From Minisyncoccia bacterium (lineage in GTDB: Bacteria > Patescibacteriota > Minisyncoccia > Phycocordibacterales > Phycocordibacteraceae): DNA of 64,000 nucleotides. Shown piece by piece: positions 41,156 to 51,114 of the stretch. Numbering within the stretch: the first letter of the stretch is position 1; each line of letters starts with the position of its first letter. The position numbers were made by a program, and so were the translations under genes. The notes under the pieces are model-generated. The model made no database searches, had not been told where the DNA came from, and saw nothing but the letters and a program-made list of their open reading frames with translations. The DNA lies in the NCBI GenBank assembly GCA_038228545.1, contig JBBRPE010000003.1, positions 442-64,441 of the forward strand, written 5' to 3'.

Positions 41156-42139
41156 TTACTGCGTAAGACTGGAAGAGCCATCAAGCATCTGCGTTCTATT
41201 TATATCGCTCTGCGACGCTGCAGTATGCGGGATAGCGACATCCGTCTTTGATGTAAACGCATTAGACGAAGTAAACAGGTGTCCACGGAACGTAGTGCTT
41301 GCAGTGAGGTGCAGGTCGCGCGGTATCCGAACTGTTGTTCGAGCTCTAACTGCATTCGGCGTACTTGAGCTTGTCGAAGCATTCTTCGTCATGGCGGCCA
41401 TAGTACGGACAGCGGAAGGCTCTGTTGAAGTCGCACTACCGTTACCCGTGTCGTTCGAAGACGCGAGTATGGCATCGGTAACGGATGTTGTGTTTGCTAT
41501 ATCCTGCGACGTAGCAACCACAATACGTAGGAGACCGGCACTTTCCTCGGAATCGTTTGTTGTAACAGCTCCAAGTGCCTGTGCTTCTCCGGCGAGGTTT
41601 GCGGCGAGGTTTGCCTTTATGGTCTCGGCTCCCGCAGTGTCTCCGGTAGAGGCAAGTTCGTCCGCTTTCTTCGCGGCATTCTTGATACGAACAGCAAATT
41701 CAGTAGCAAGATAGGTTTGACGGTCTGTAGTGAGCGTTCCGCGCGACGCGAGTGTAACCGCTTCGTCTACACGACGGGTTGCAAGTTCTGCCGCAACCTT
41801 CGCCTGACCGGACGCGGTCGGCGCAAGTGCCGTCATGACCGGTTCATTTATATGTATTTTAAGTGCGTAAAGTGCATCTCCAGGAGCACTCGTGTCCGCG
41901 GCAAGCGTGACACCTCCACCAAGAGTAACGACCAGCATAAGGCCGAGAGCATATGCCGGAAAACGGCGCGACATGATAAAGCTAAAGATGCCGCTGTAAG
42001 CGCTACTAGTTTGAAGTGCTTCGGAAGCAATGTGCATATCCGTATACAGCACAAGACGCTCTCGCATAGCGAGGCGTTCATTACTCGAAAGGGTGATTCC
42101 CTTCAGTCGGTTTAGAAATGTGGTGGTGAAATCATTCAT
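41156..42139 (-). CDS. Putative anti-sigma factor (DUF5667)
   Basis: TM plus SAPGDALYALK..NE...RRVDEA; overlaps the sigma gene stop. Confidence 0.8.
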   Translation of the reverse strand: MNDFTTTFLNRLKGITLSSNERLAMRERLVLYTDMHIASEALQTSSAYSGIFSFIMSRRFPAYALGLMLVVTLGGGVTLAADTSAPGDALYALKIHINEPVMTALAPTASGQAKVAAELATRRVDEAVTLASRGTLTTDRQTYLATEFAVRIKNAAKKADELASTGDTAGAETIKANLAANLAGEAQALGAVTTNDSEESAGLLRIVVATSQDIANTTSVTDAILASSNDTGNGSATSTEPSAVRTMAAMTKNASTSSSTPNAVRARTTVRIPRDLHLTASTTFRGHLFTSSNAFTSKTDVAIPHTAASQSDINRTQMLDGSSSLTQ

Positions 42140-42638
42140 GGACGTGTAGGCGCTCTTGAACTTTCTTTAGTGCGCGGTTGATACGAACTGAAACAGCGTT
42201 TGCGGTCTCTCCTGTTATCTCTGCAATATCTTTAGGTGACATGCCCTCAACAAAACGCAGGGTGAGTGCTTCACGTGACGGCTCATCGAGGTCTCGAACG
42301 ACATCGAGGACTTCGCGCATTTCGGCATGTTCGGAAATCTTCTTGTGGTCGTCTCCGGCAAATTCGAAACCTTCATCCGTGAGCATGTCGAGTGACTGTT
42401 CCCTCTTTTTTCGGTACCAGTCAATTATGAGATTGCGGGCAATGGTATACAGGAGTGCCCTCTCATTTCCAATGTCGGTACCAAGGCGAAGCTGCTGCCA
42501 GAAGCGCATAAATGCGTCCTGAGTAATGTCCTGGGCCACTTCGCGTCCAGAGACCTTCATGGTACAGAAACGAAAAATATCGTCAGCGTACCGGTCATAG
42601 GCCGCTAGGAATTGCTCTTTTGTCTCGTCTTGGTCCAT
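42132..42638 (-). CDS. ECF RNA polymerase sigma factor
   Basis: AQDITQDAF, LYTIARNLIIDWYRK, region 4 HTH. Confidence 0.96.
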   Translation of the reverse strand: MDQDETKEQFLAAYDRYADDIFRFCTMKVSGREVAQDITQDAFMRFWQQLRLGTDIGNERALLYTIARNLIIDWYRKKREQSLDMLTDEGFEFAGDDHKKISEHAEMREVLDVVRDLDEPSREALTLRFVEGMSPKDIAEITGETANAVSVRINRALKKVQERLHVHE

Positions 42639-42641
42639 AAA

Positions 42642-42671
42642 GTATGACGGGGGTACCCAGTCACTCTTACC
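42642..42671 (-). promoter_or_regulatory. Putative ECF-type autoregulatory promoter
   Basis: GTAAG-N16-CGTCATA a few nt before the sigma ATG. Confidence 0.5.
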
Positions 42672-42785
42672 TCGACGGCATAGAGTTCATAGGTGTATTC
42701 CATATGCTAACAGAGGTCCTGTACAAGCGCGACTGACAAAAGGAAAATCCCCGTGTGGGGATTTTCCTGCACATGAGTAGCAAGA

Positions 42786-43271
42786 CTACCGAGTCGCTTT
42801 CTTCACGGCCTTTTTGACGGTCTTTGTCACTTTCTTTACTGCGCCCGATACCTTCTTCACATTCTTCTTCACCGTTGCCGATGGCATCAGTTCCGCATGA
42901 ATACGGTGCCAATTCTTCTTGAGTTCTTTTGCGGCAACCTGCACATCAGTGTGAGCTACGCCGCGCATGCCCTGGTAGGCAGCCGCAGCCTCATCAACAA
43001 CACGAGCGACGGATGAGGAGTCAATCTTCTTAAGTGACTTCACTCCTTTCTGCACATCCTTCTGCATGCCCTTTGCCCACTTGCTTGCGGCCTGGCGATG
43101 CTTCTTTGCATGTGCCGTTCCGTAGAAGTAGTAGCTCGCGGCGCCGGCTGCTGCAGCAGCAGCAAGAGCAGCGGTTCCTGCGGCAACGGCCGGTCCGACT
43201 CCACTCTTCTTTGCGGTCTTCTTTACTGCTTTCTTTGGAGCAGATTTCTTCGTAGTCTTTTTAGTTGCCAT
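42786..43271 (-). CDS. Lys/Ala-rich protein with YtxH-like TM core and histone-H1-like tails
   Basis: KKTTKKSAPKKAVKKTAKK...AAAAAGAASYYFYG...KKVTKTVKKAVKK. Confidence 0.75.
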   Translation of the reverse strand: MATKKTTKKSAPKKAVKKTAKKSGVGPAVAAGTAALAAAAAAGAASYYFYGTAHAKKHRQAASKWAKGMQKDVQKGVKSLKKIDSSSVARVVDEAAAAYQGMRGVAHTDVQVAAKELKKNWHRIHAELMPSATVKKNVKKVSGAVKKVTKTVKKAVKKATR

Positions 43272-43293
43272 GGATTCGAATTATGAATATGCG

Positions 43294-43575
43294 TTAGGAT
43301 TTCTTCGTCGAGCGGCGCTTTGGTTTTTTTCCTCCAATGGAGAGGAAATCAAGAATGTGTGTTGCACGCATTCCTTCTTCCTGCACCTTCGCTCGAACAC
43401 CGGCTATATCTTCACGGAGTTTATGTCCTTCTTCTTCTACCATAACGGAGATATCTTCGATGTTCTTCAAAATTCTAAGCACCCGAATGAGAACCCATGC
43501 CAAGAGAATAGTCATGATGACTACCGCAATGGTGGTCACCACGAAGAAAATATCCATCTTGAGGAATTCATTCAT
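43294..43575 (-). CDS. Small membrane/coiled-coil protein
   Basis: MDIFFVVTTIAVVI... TM followed by coiled coil. Confidence 0.7.
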   Translation of the reverse strand: MNEFLKMDIFFVVTTIAVVIMTILLAWVLIRVLRILKNIEDISVMVEEEGHKLREDIAGVRAKVQEEGMRATHILDFLSIGGKKPKRRSTKKS

Positions 43576-43655
43576 ACCGGTATCTCTCATGGTAGCGTGC
43601 CCCGCCCCTGACGCAATGCGTAAAGCGGGGTTTTCCACAGGGGTATACTTCACGT

Positions 43656-43925
43656 ATGCCTCATGTATCAGAGCAGGAAATGGATAACGTGCTTGCCGCA
43701 GCTGGAGATGCAGTGGAAATAGGCGCTCGTTACACACATTACAAGAGCGAGGAGAAAGAGTACGAAGTTACCAGTTTTTGCATTATCGAATCAGACGACT
43801 CTGTAGGGGTGCTCTACAAAGCGCTCTACGGTCGCGGGTTCCTTTTTATGCGGCCTCTTTCGGGTTTCACCGCGAACGTAGAGCACGAGGGCAGAACCGT
43901 AGCGCGCTTCAAAAAAGTTTCCTAG
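43656..43925 (+). CDS. DUF1653 family protein
   Basis: YTHYK...YEV...VLYKALYG...MRPL..F...RF. Confidence 0.9.
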   Translation: MPHVSEQEMDNVLAAAGDAVEIGARYTHYKSEEKEYEVTSFCIIESDDSVGVLYKALYGRGFLFMRPLSGFTANVEHEGRTVARFKKVS

Positions 43926-44515
43926 AGACTGCGTATGTCTTCTACGAGCTCATTGAATTCGGCCTGATTGAAATGCTGGCGGTTAGCGAATGTGCGCACG
44001 ACAGCACCAGGTAGACGAACGACAAACTTATCGAGCTCCGCAAAGCCAACGACTGGGTCGTCGTCGCTGTGATACAGGAATAGCTGTCCTCCCTGTTCAG
44101 ATAGCCGTGCAAGATCGTTCGTTATGTTGAATTCCACGAGCGTACGCTCTCCATCGGCATCAAACGGTGCTGACACGAGGAAAGTAGCGTGCACTGCGAT
44201 CGGAAGCGATTCCTCTGAGAGGAATTTTGCTAAAAATACACCACCAAGTGAGTGGCCCACGAGTATCACGCCGTCATTGAGCTGTGGAAGCAATTTCTCA
44301 AAATAGATTTTCCACTCGCGATATTTAGCATTCTGTGGATTCGGCATACGCGGGAGAAGTACCTCGTACTCGTGCCCTAGAACCTTTTGGAGATTCTTTT
44401 TCCAGTCATTGAAATTCATCCATTCAAGACTGACTACTATTTTGCTGAAATTCGAAATGAATTCTTCGTAGGTCGCGTAGGAATCTCCACCGTGTATAGC
44501 CACCACCTGCTTCAT
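43922..44515 (-). CDS. Alpha/beta hydrolase (RBBP9/YdeN-like)
   Basis: IHGG, GHSLG, SDDDPVV, HF. Confidence 0.92.
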   Translation of the reverse strand: MKQVVAIHGGDSYATYEEFISNFSKIVVSLEWMNFNDWKKNLQKVLGHEYEVLLPRMPNPQNAKYREWKIYFEKLLPQLNDGVILVGHSLGGVFLAKFLSEESLPIAVHATFLVSAPFDADGERTLVEFNITNDLARLSEQGGQLFLYHSDDDPVVGFAELDKFVVRLPGAVVRTFANRQHFNQAEFNELVEDIRSL

Positions 44516-44549
44516 GCGCTCAGTATACATATCATGGTATTGTCACCCT

Positions 44550-45320
44550 ATGCCCACATCTCCACGCCGTACCAATAGAGAAAGTGCCCGCAGGAAAGCT
44601 CCGGAAGCTCCGGCAAGCATCTGGCCTATGCGTATTAATAAATTCCTTGCTCACAAGGGACACGCTACCCGTCGCGAGGCCGATACGCTTGTCGAGAAGG
44701 GACTCGTCTCGCTCAACGGCAAGACTGCGAAACTGGGCGACAAGGTACTAGAAACAGATACTGTTGAAGTGAAGACTCGTGTGCTACGTCAGTACGTATA
44801 CCTTGCCTTCCACAAACCAAAGGGTCTGGTGACCCTCGCAGACGAAAAGGGTGAAAAAGACATTATGGATATGCTTCCGTCTGATTTGAAACGACTTCAT
44901 CTGTTCCCACTTGGTCGCTTAGACAAGTCGTCGTCGGGTCTCATACTGCTCACGAACGATGGCCGTGTTACCGATCGTCTCCTTAATCCCGATCGTGACC
45001 ACGTAAAGATTTACGAAGTCTCGACCAAGTTACCGCTTCGTCCATCATTTGCCGAACATATGGCAAAAGGTGTTGATATTGAAGGGTATGTCACCAAGGC
45101 AGCAGATGTAGAAGTGACCGGAGACGATCGCTTCCGTATTACGCTCACCGAGGGCAAGAAGCACCAGATTCGGCGCATGGTGGTTGCGATGCATAACGAA
45201 GTAAAGGAACTTCGGCGCATCAGTATCATGAACATTTCACTTGGTCGCATCCCAGTCGGAAGCTATCGTCGCATTGAGGGCAAGGAACTTGCCACCTTTC
45301 TTGAATCGCTCGGACTGTAG
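44550..45320 (+). CDS. rRNA pseudouridine synthase (RluB/RluF/RsuA family)
   Basis: S4 domain, GRLDKSSSGLILLTNDG, EGKKHQIRRM. Confidence 0.95.
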   Translation: MPTSPRRTNRESARRKAPEAPASIWPMRINKFLAHKGHATRREADTLVEKGLVSLNGKTAKLGDKVLETDTVEVKTRVLRQYVYLAFHKPKGLVTLADEKGEKDIMDMLPSDLKRLHLFPLGRLDKSSSGLILLTNDGRVTDRLLNPDRDHVKIYEVSTKLPLRPSFAEHMAKGVDIEGYVTKAADVEVTGDDRFRITLTEGKKHQIRRMVVAMHNEVKELRRISIMNISLGRIPVGSYRRIEGKELATFLESLGL

Positions 45321-45330
45321 TTCTCGCGAA

Positions 45331-46437
45331 CTATTGGTACTGAATGAAGATGGGTGAAGGCTGGAGATCTAGTACTTCTCGTGGCGTCAGCATGCGGGTA
45401 GACGGAGGGAGGAGGTCGTTCTTATAGAAAAGTTTAAAGCCTGCGAATTGCACCGGTTCCATTTGAATAACGCGCTTGTACGTATTTATCTTTTTCGCAC
45501 CAAATCCCCAGCCGTCCATGTCCATGATTACTTGCACGTTTGCAGTAGGGGCAATGCTTCGTGAGCCCGTCACCATAGCCTCCGTAAACCGATGCACGAC
45601 AAGTATCTTCGGCGGGAGATTGTTATCAGTCGCAATCTTGTCGAGAAAATTAATCGCAAAGTTTATATCGCTTGAACTCATCGTACCTATGACACGCCCC
45701 GGCTTTACGCCGTTGTGCATCGAGAATTCTGGATCTAGTGCCAAGTGCACGTTCGGAAGTTTCAAAAAAGGCTCGAGGCGCGGAAGCTCGCTCGGTAAGT
45801 CTGACAGTCCTACCTGGACGTCTAATATTACTATCCCGTGAACTTGGCTCGCCAAATCAACAGCCTTTTGTATTTCGGTTGCAGGCATACGCAGGCGGTA
45901 CGTGTTATCGGGCTGTGGGCTTCCCTGAGCAGTGTCGACAATGTAATCGATTGCAGGAATGACCGGTGTAGAGGGGTCTGCGTCCTGCCACTGCTTCACC
46001 GTGGCTTGCAACTGCGGAATCATGACTGAAGGTGGGTTCTGGCCGAGTATACCCATTTTCGTCGAGTAGAAGTTGCCGTAATAGGCAACGATGCGATTGA
46101 ACGGCAGTAGTGCACCTGCCTTTGGATACACAGTCTTAGCGGGCCACGTGTGGGGTTTCGTTGTTGATGCGGTCGAGGTTCCGACTGGTGCAGGATAATT
46201 CGCAAGTTTCTGCATGCGTCGGTCGTAGTCAGCAACGTTAAGCGTTACCGGCGTTGTTGTTGCCTTAGGCGTGAAAAGTCCTTTCACCGTAGAAGTGCCT
46301 TGCGCTTCTACACGGTCATAACGACCAGCGAATAGTTCGGGAAGCGCGACGAAATAAATAAGGACGGCAATGAGTACCCCGCCAAGAGCTACATAGGCAT
46401 AGGGAAGCTTTTTTACGCTTACGGGAGACACGGTCAT
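45331..46437 (-). CDS. Membrane-anchored protein, TIM-barrel/glycoside-hydrolase-like
   Basis: RIVAYYG, ILDVQVG, HLALDPEF, MDGWG, GFKLFY. Confidence 0.7.
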   Translation of the reverse strand: MTVSPVSVKKLPYAYVALGGVLIAVLIYFVALPELFAGRYDRVEAQGTSTVKGLFTPKATTTPVTLNVADYDRRMQKLANYPAPVGTSTASTTKPHTWPAKTVYPKAGALLPFNRIVAYYGNFYSTKMGILGQNPPSVMIPQLQATVKQWQDADPSTPVIPAIDYIVDTAQGSPQPDNTYRLRMPATEIQKAVDLASQVHGIVILDVQVGLSDLPSELPRLEPFLKLPNVHLALDPEFSMHNGVKPGRVIGTMSSSDINFAINFLDKIATDNNLPPKILVVHRFTEAMVTGSRSIAPTANVQVIMDMDGWGFGAKKINTYKRVIQMEPVQFAGFKLFYKNDLLPPSTRMLTPREVLDLQPSPIFIQYQ

Positions 46438-46484
46438 GATAGTGCCATACTACGCTATTTGAGCGAGTAACAAAAATACCGGTA

Positions 46485-46838
46485 TCAGTGCTTCAGTACG
46501 AGAAGGTGCAAATGAAAATGTGGCGGAATAGTACGTGTACGGTGCGTTGATTCAATAAAGTTATCGTACTTCCCCTGTAGTTCGTCAGAATACTTTATCT
46601 GCATAAACTCCTCTCGCTCTTCGTCTGTGAGCTCGCTTTCCGTGGCATGACGCAGAGGCAGCAACATGTTGTGTTCTGCCGCTATGAGGTCATACGGAAA
46701 CAGATTTGAAACGATTTTCCAGTGCACAAAGGTTTTCAGCGATTCACGGTTACAAAGCGCACAAGCGGTTTTGAATTCGTTAGTCTGCATGACCTCTCGG
46801 TAACGCTGACTCAATTCAGTGGAGCGGAAAACAGGCAT
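46485..46838 (-). CDS. HIT-like protein
   Basis: CALC, NLFPY, HFHLHL triad. Confidence 0.8.
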   Translation of the reverse strand: MPVFRSTELSQRYREVMQTNEFKTACALCNRESLKTFVHWKIVSNLFPYDLIAAEHNMLLPLRHATESELTDEEREEFMQIKYSDELQGKYDNFIESTHRTRTIPPHFHLHLLVLKH

Positions 46839-46861
46839 AGCAAAGGTGATATGGGTAAAGT

Positions 46862-47338
46862 CTACAGTTTTTTTGATAATCTGAAGTACGTAAGGGTGAA
46901 TGGATATCCTGGGATAAGACGCACCTGTAACTTGCCAAGATATTCTCCAGGTGCGACTTCGACGATTTCGTCGAGTACTGGACGGAGCCAGAGCGGGTTC
47001 GTTAGACTATTGTACTCAATTTGAACGACGAGGCGATTATCGTGTACACCAGGACCGATAGAAAGTGTAAACGGATACTTTTCAATGAATGTTCCGGATG
47101 CAGTCGAAAATAGATTAATCCCGGAGTGAGTTGCTGCATTGAATTTCTTGCCAAGCCAGGAAACTTTTGGACCGGTTACCGTGCCTGCATATGTACCATT
47201 TGGCAAAGTGTCTGTTTCAAGTGCATGGGTGAAGCTTGTTTGATCCTGCGTCCACAGCAATTGATTCGTTCGTACTAGTAGTAGTACTAGTACAGTGACG
47301 AGCACCAGGGCAATGATTTTGAGGGCTAGCAGTAGCAT
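46862..47338 (-). CDS. Conserved hypothetical membrane-anchored protein
   Basis: WLGKKF, NPLWLRPVLDEIVEVAPGEYLGK. Confidence 0.75.
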   Translation of the reverse strand: MLLLALKIIALVLVTVLVLLLVRTNQLLWTQDQTSFTHALETDTLPNGTYAGTVTGPKVSWLGKKFNAATHSGINLFSTASGTFIEKYPFTLSIGPGVHDNRLVVQIEYNSLTNPLWLRPVLDEIVEVAPGEYLGKLQVRLIPGYPFTLTYFRLSKKL

Positions 47339-47440
47339 GCAGGTAGCGTAGCACGTAGCATTTGACTGGAACCGAGTAAGAAACAGCCGGCAGGGAACCC
47401 CGCCGGCTGTTTCTTTTCTAGTTTCGCCCGTAACGTATAC

Positions 47441-47776
47441 CTACAGGGGCTTCACCTCCATAACGTCGATGGTTGCACCCGGAATATCCAGATGTGGGTG
47501 ATTTTTGAACATCTCCGCCACTTCTTCGACTGAATTTCCCGCAACATAGGAAGAGAGCATAAGTCCGTTGTTAGTATCCGTAACTCCATCCGCTCGTACG
47601 CGTTTGGTGGCACCCAGACCGATAGTATTCTGTACCGAATCCTTATGGCTAGCGAGCCAGGTATCCCAATCTCCTTTCATCTTGGCTTCTGCTACCTTTC
47701 GTTCTTCTTCAGGCTTCGCCATCCATTCTTTCAGACCTTCGACAGGCATTGCGTATAGTACGGTGAAAAATTTCAT
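47441..47776 (-). CDS. YciI/DGPF-like ferredoxin-fold protein
   Basis: LGATKRV, AEMFKNHPHL..PGATIDV. Confidence 0.75.
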   Translation of the reverse strand: MKFFTVLYAMPVEGLKEWMAKPEEERKVAEAKMKGDWDTWLASHKDSVQNTIGLGATKRVRADGVTDTNNGLMLSSYVAGNSVEEVAEMFKNHPHLDIPGATIDVMEVKPL

Positions 47777-47835
47777 ATAAGTATGTCTAGATATAATGCT
47801 GATATGGTACTGCATCCCACATGAGGTTGTGGTGA

Positions 47836-48225
47836 TTACGGGTGTCGTTTGCCGGCCAGGAGCATCACACACGCTTTTTCCACTCTTTTTGCGCGCGTTT
47901 CCGTGTCACTAGCAGCTCCAATCCAATCAGCAAAATCCCTATGTTGGTCCGGTGTGAGCTTCTTCCAATGCGCTTTTGCCTTTGGGAGCTCACCTATGGC
48001 TTTGTACAGATTCATGGGAACAATCGCATAACAGCACGGGCGTTTCTTTCCGCTTGCAAGCCTCGATGGAATGCTATCGAGGCGCCGCTTCCGGGTCTCC
48101 GGTTGCTTAGCCGACTCTATCCAACTCACAAAATCACGATGTGCGATTGACGTTAGCGCATTCCACTGCGCCTTTGCTTTTGCAGTGGTGAGTGATTTGC
48201 GAATCTCCGTTAGAGTTTTTTCCAT
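47836..48225 (-). CDS. YdeI/OmpD-associated family protein (two repeats)
   Basis: WIESAKQPETRKRR and WIGAASDTETRAKRVEKA. Confidence 0.88.
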   Translation of the reverse strand: MEKTLTEIRKSLTTAKAKAQWNALTSIAHRDFVSWIESAKQPETRKRRLDSIPSRLASGKKRPCCYAIVPMNLYKAIGELPKAKAHWKKLTPDQHRDFADWIGAASDTETRAKRVEKACVMLLAGKRHP

Positions 48226-48236
48226 AGGATTAGGTA

Positions 48237-49241
48237 TTAATTAATTTCAATATCTACATACGTCACCTGCGGAAACTCCTCTCGTATACTTTTTTCAATC
48301 TCAGCAATACGGTTACCGACAAGACGCGGAATACGGTCGGTGGTACGGAACATGAGCTTCGTGAATTCTTTGAAATCGTCCTTGATATTATCGAATTCGT
48401 CCTGGAGGTCGCCCGCCTCGTATATCTCCTCGTAGAGCGGAGAACCATTCCATTCAACGGCGGCGAAGATTCGATACTTATTCAAATCAACAGCTGCAGA
48501 CTTGAATTCAATAACCTTTTCAACACATGAATCTTTTTCAAGAGCCTCAATAAGCTCGTCCACAATATCTTCATGCAAGGGCATGCCGATAATATATTTG
48601 TGATTCTTTATGATGAGTAGAATTGCCAGGAACCCAAGTATGAGACCCACGGCTATACCACCCAGTGAGTCGTACACTGCATTTCCGGTTATGTAGGTAA
48701 GCCACTGGGCAATAAGAGCAAACAGAACACCAAGCACGGCGACACTGTCTTCATAGACGACAGCAAGAAGTACCGGGTCGCCATCGGAAAAAAGTTCGAC
48801 GGTGAGATTTCCTCCATTTCGCAATTCGTTCACCGCAAGAAACAACGTCATACCCTCTATGAGGAGCGCTACCAAAAGTACGAGAACGCTCAGTGTGCTG
48901 AATACCGGCGCTTGGTGGCTTACCTGGAGCAAGGATTCGATAGAGTGGTAGAGAGAAATACCCGCGCCAATGAATAACACACCGCACGCGGACACGAGCG
49001 ACCAAAAGAAGCGCTCAATACCATAACCGTAGCCATGAATGTCGTCGGCGGGTCGCTTAGAGCGCTGAATTCCTATGAGGAGGAGCGACTGATTGAGTGT
49101 GTCTGCAATACTATGGACGCTTTCCGCAAACATACTCGCCGAGCCGGTAGCGATTGCCACGACGGTTTTTATGATGGTTATAAATACATTGCCACTAAGA
49201 GCGGCAATGACCGATACTTTTCCTTGGGCGTGTTTGCTCAC
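48237..49241 (-). CDS. Cation diffusion facilitator transporter
   Basis: AESVHSIADTLNQ, HGYGYG.ERFFW, EDSVA. Confidence 0.93.
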   Translation of the reverse strand: MSKHAQGKVSVIAALSGNVFITIIKTVVAIATGSASMFAESVHSIADTLNQSLLLIGIQRSKRPADDIHGYGYGIERFFWSLVSACGVLFIGAGISLYHSIESLLQVSHQAPVFSTLSVLVLLVALLIEGMTLFLAVNELRNGGNLTVELFSDGDPVLLAVVYEDSVAVLGVLFALIAQWLTYITGNAVYDSLGGIAVGLILGFLAILLIIKNHKYIIGMPLHEDIVDELIEALEKDSCVEKVIEFKSAAVDLNKYRIFAAVEWNGSPLYEEIYEAGDLQDEFDNIKDDFKEFTKLMFRTTDRIPRLVGNRIAEIEKSIREEFPQVTYVDIEIN

Positions 49242-49301
49242 GTACGAAGAGTGTATCAGAAATACGTTGATGTCTGAGACGTGATGAAATGGAGACGGGC
49301 G

Positions 49302-49835
49302 CTAATCAACAACATCGTACCCGAGCTTTCGCGCAACATCCTCTTCCTCAAGAACTTCTCCGGTAAGCGGGTCGTGGCACATATATTCTTTATCCATTGC
49401 AAAATAGGTCGGTGTCTTGCTGTGTTCACCACCTGCGGCCTTCCAGCATGTACTGAGCCATGCATAGAGCATCTCGGACTGTCGAGTACCGAAATCCATT
49501 GCTTCCTTATCTGTGAACTCAACACCGTCAAATGTTTTGGTCTCGTATTCGTCTAGTTCGGAAATAAAGCTTGTTTCGGAACTACTTTCCACATCGTAGT
49601 CAGCGCCCAACTTTTTCTTTCCATCCTCGTCTGTAACTTTGAAGCTATTGTAAACGAGACAGAAATTTTGATCCGCGAATAACTCAAGTGTGCGATATAT
49701 TTCACCTTCTTTCGGCTCCATCTCCACATACGTGCGCATTTTCTCTACGGCCGCTCCCTCAGCACGTTCCAATATCCCAGTAACTTCACCGATAATCTTG
49801 TCCACGCGTTCAATTCCGTTTGGTATAGCTTCCAT
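49302..49835 (-). CDS. Acidic hypothetical protein (immunity-like), cassette 4
   Basis: 177 aa; WLSTCWKAAGG; flanked by att-like repeats. Confidence 0.75.
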   Translation of the reverse strand: MEAIPNGIERVDKIIGEVTGILERAEGAAVEKMRTYVEMEPKEGEIYRTLELFADQNFCLVYNSFKVTDEDGKKKLGADYDVESSSETSFISELDEYETKTFDGVEFTDKEAMDFGTRQSEMLYAWLSTCWKAAGGEHSKTPTYFAMDKEYMCHDPLTGEVLEEEDVARKLGYDVVD

Positions 49836-49884
49836 ATGTATAGATTATGCCATGAAATGGATATGCGTCAGAATCTAGATACAT

Positions 49885-49911
49885 CTGGCAGACTGGGACG
49901 ATGTTGGAACC
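49885..49911. repeat. att-like 27-bp repeat R3
   Basis: CTGGCAGACTGGGACGATGTTGGAACC. Confidence 0.85.
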
Positions 49912-50534
49912 TATGCTACTCCCATGTATCCATCCTTGAGTTCAGATTGAAATTTCTCTTCTTCAAAAGTTTGAGGATCGATACTCCAACTTGATGCAAC
50001 TTTTAATACATCTGACTCATTGGGGAAATCCTCCCAATTCTCCATTGGGGTGGAAAGATAAACAAGGTCTTTTTCAATAGAAGTTGGTTCGCCAACGTTT
50101 CGATAGACCTCACCGCTTTCACCTAAGTAATAAAAACTTCTTTTAAGTTCCCCATTTATTGCACGCGCCCATATGTTCAGTTCAACAACCCGATGATTCG
50201 CAAAGAATTGAGCCTCCCCAAATTCCTTACTTAACACGCATATCTTATCTTCAATATCGGTAAGATCTTCTCTTAAAGAGAGAGCGAGCGCCTGGCCCAC
50301 CACAAATACCCAACCTTCTACTTGAGGAGTAATAAAGATTTCTTTTCCAGCTCCGTTAGCGTATGTAGCTGAAACACCTTCACGCCAGGGTGTCTCTCGA
50401 AGCTTTCGTATACCCAGAATAGCGTCAATTTTTTCATAGTCCGCTGGTGCCTTAATGGCATACCATGCAGTTTTATATGACCAAGCAGCGAACAACGAAT
50501 CAGGTTGAGTAGGTTTCTTAGCAAAGAATTTCAT
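49911..50534 (-). CDS. Hypothetical protein (immunity-like), cassette 3
   Basis: YKTAWYAI, IFITP.VEGWVFVVG, AQFFANHRVVE..WARA..G...R, WSIDP. Confidence 0.8.
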   Translation of the reverse strand: MKFFAKKPTQPDSLFAAWSYKTAWYAIKAPADYEKIDAILGIRKLRETPWREGVSATYANGAGKEIFITPQVEGWVFVVGQALALSLREDLTDIEDKICVLSKEFGEAQFFANHRVVELNIWARAINGELKRSFYYLGESGEVYRNVGEPTSIEKDLVYLSTPMENWEDFPNESDVLKVASSWSIDPQTFEEEKFQSELKDGYMGVA

Positions 50535-50566
50535 ATATTTGAATGTATGACATACAGATTTTAGTG

Positions 50567-50593
50567 CTGGCAGTCTGGAACTACGTTGTAACC
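50567..50593. repeat. att-like 27-bp repeat R2
   Basis: CTGGCAGTCTGGAACTACGTTGTAACC (22/27 identical to R3). Confidence 0.85.
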
Positions 50594-50595
50594 TT

Positions 50596-51051
50596 CTAAT
50601 TAATCAACAGCGAGGTGTAAGTCTCCCACTTTGGGTCACACTTCATCATAAACTGTAGTTGATGCTCTTCAAATTTATCTTGAATGGTTTTGACTTTCGA
50701 CTCAAAATATTCCGGCTTCCACTCTGGCGCGTAGAAAACAAATTCTCTCATACCACCAGTAGTGATAGACATAACATAGAGGAGTCCGTCTTTTGAAAGA
50801 ATCGCGTCAAGCTCATCTTCAATCAAGTTTAGTTCTTGTAACTCACTGCCTTGGGGTAAACCAGCTTCAGTAGGATTTTTGAGCGGAATTACAACACCAA
50901 TCTGAAATGGAAATCTTTCAGAGCCAACCATATTTGAAACTTGTCGTGCGCGTATGAATATTGCTTTGCCTGCGTATTCACCTCGTAACACCTTCCATTC
51001 ATCAGGCATTGGAGTTGGGTTTGAATCATTCTTCTTTGAGAAGTTGAGCAT
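50596..51051 (-). CDS. DUF695-like protein, cassette 2
   Basis: GLP...E...LNLIEDEL, ITTGGMREFVFY, DPKWETY. Confidence 0.8.
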   Translation of the reverse strand: MLNFSKKNDSNPTPMPDEWKVLRGEYAGKAIFIRARQVSNMVGSERFPFQIGVVIPLKNPTEAGLPQGSELQELNLIEDELDAILSKDGLLYVMSITTGGMREFVFYAPEWKPEYFESKVKTIQDKFEEHQLQFMMKCDPKWETYTSLLIN

Positions 51052-51080
51052 AATGTCTAAATTATCATACACAAATCGAG

Positions 51081-51107
51081 CTGACTGTTTGGGTCGATGT
51101 TGGAACT
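51081..51107. repeat. att-like 27-bp repeat R1
   Basis: CTGACTGTTTGGGTCGATGTTGGAACT (21/27 identical to R3). Confidence 0.8.
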
Positions 51108-51114
51108 TTTTTAC

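Noticed and set aside
47358-47417. Possible fifth att-like repeat (GACTGGAACCGAGTAAGAAAC)
   Set aside because: Weak match whose right half is the arm of a terminator hairpin; not counted.
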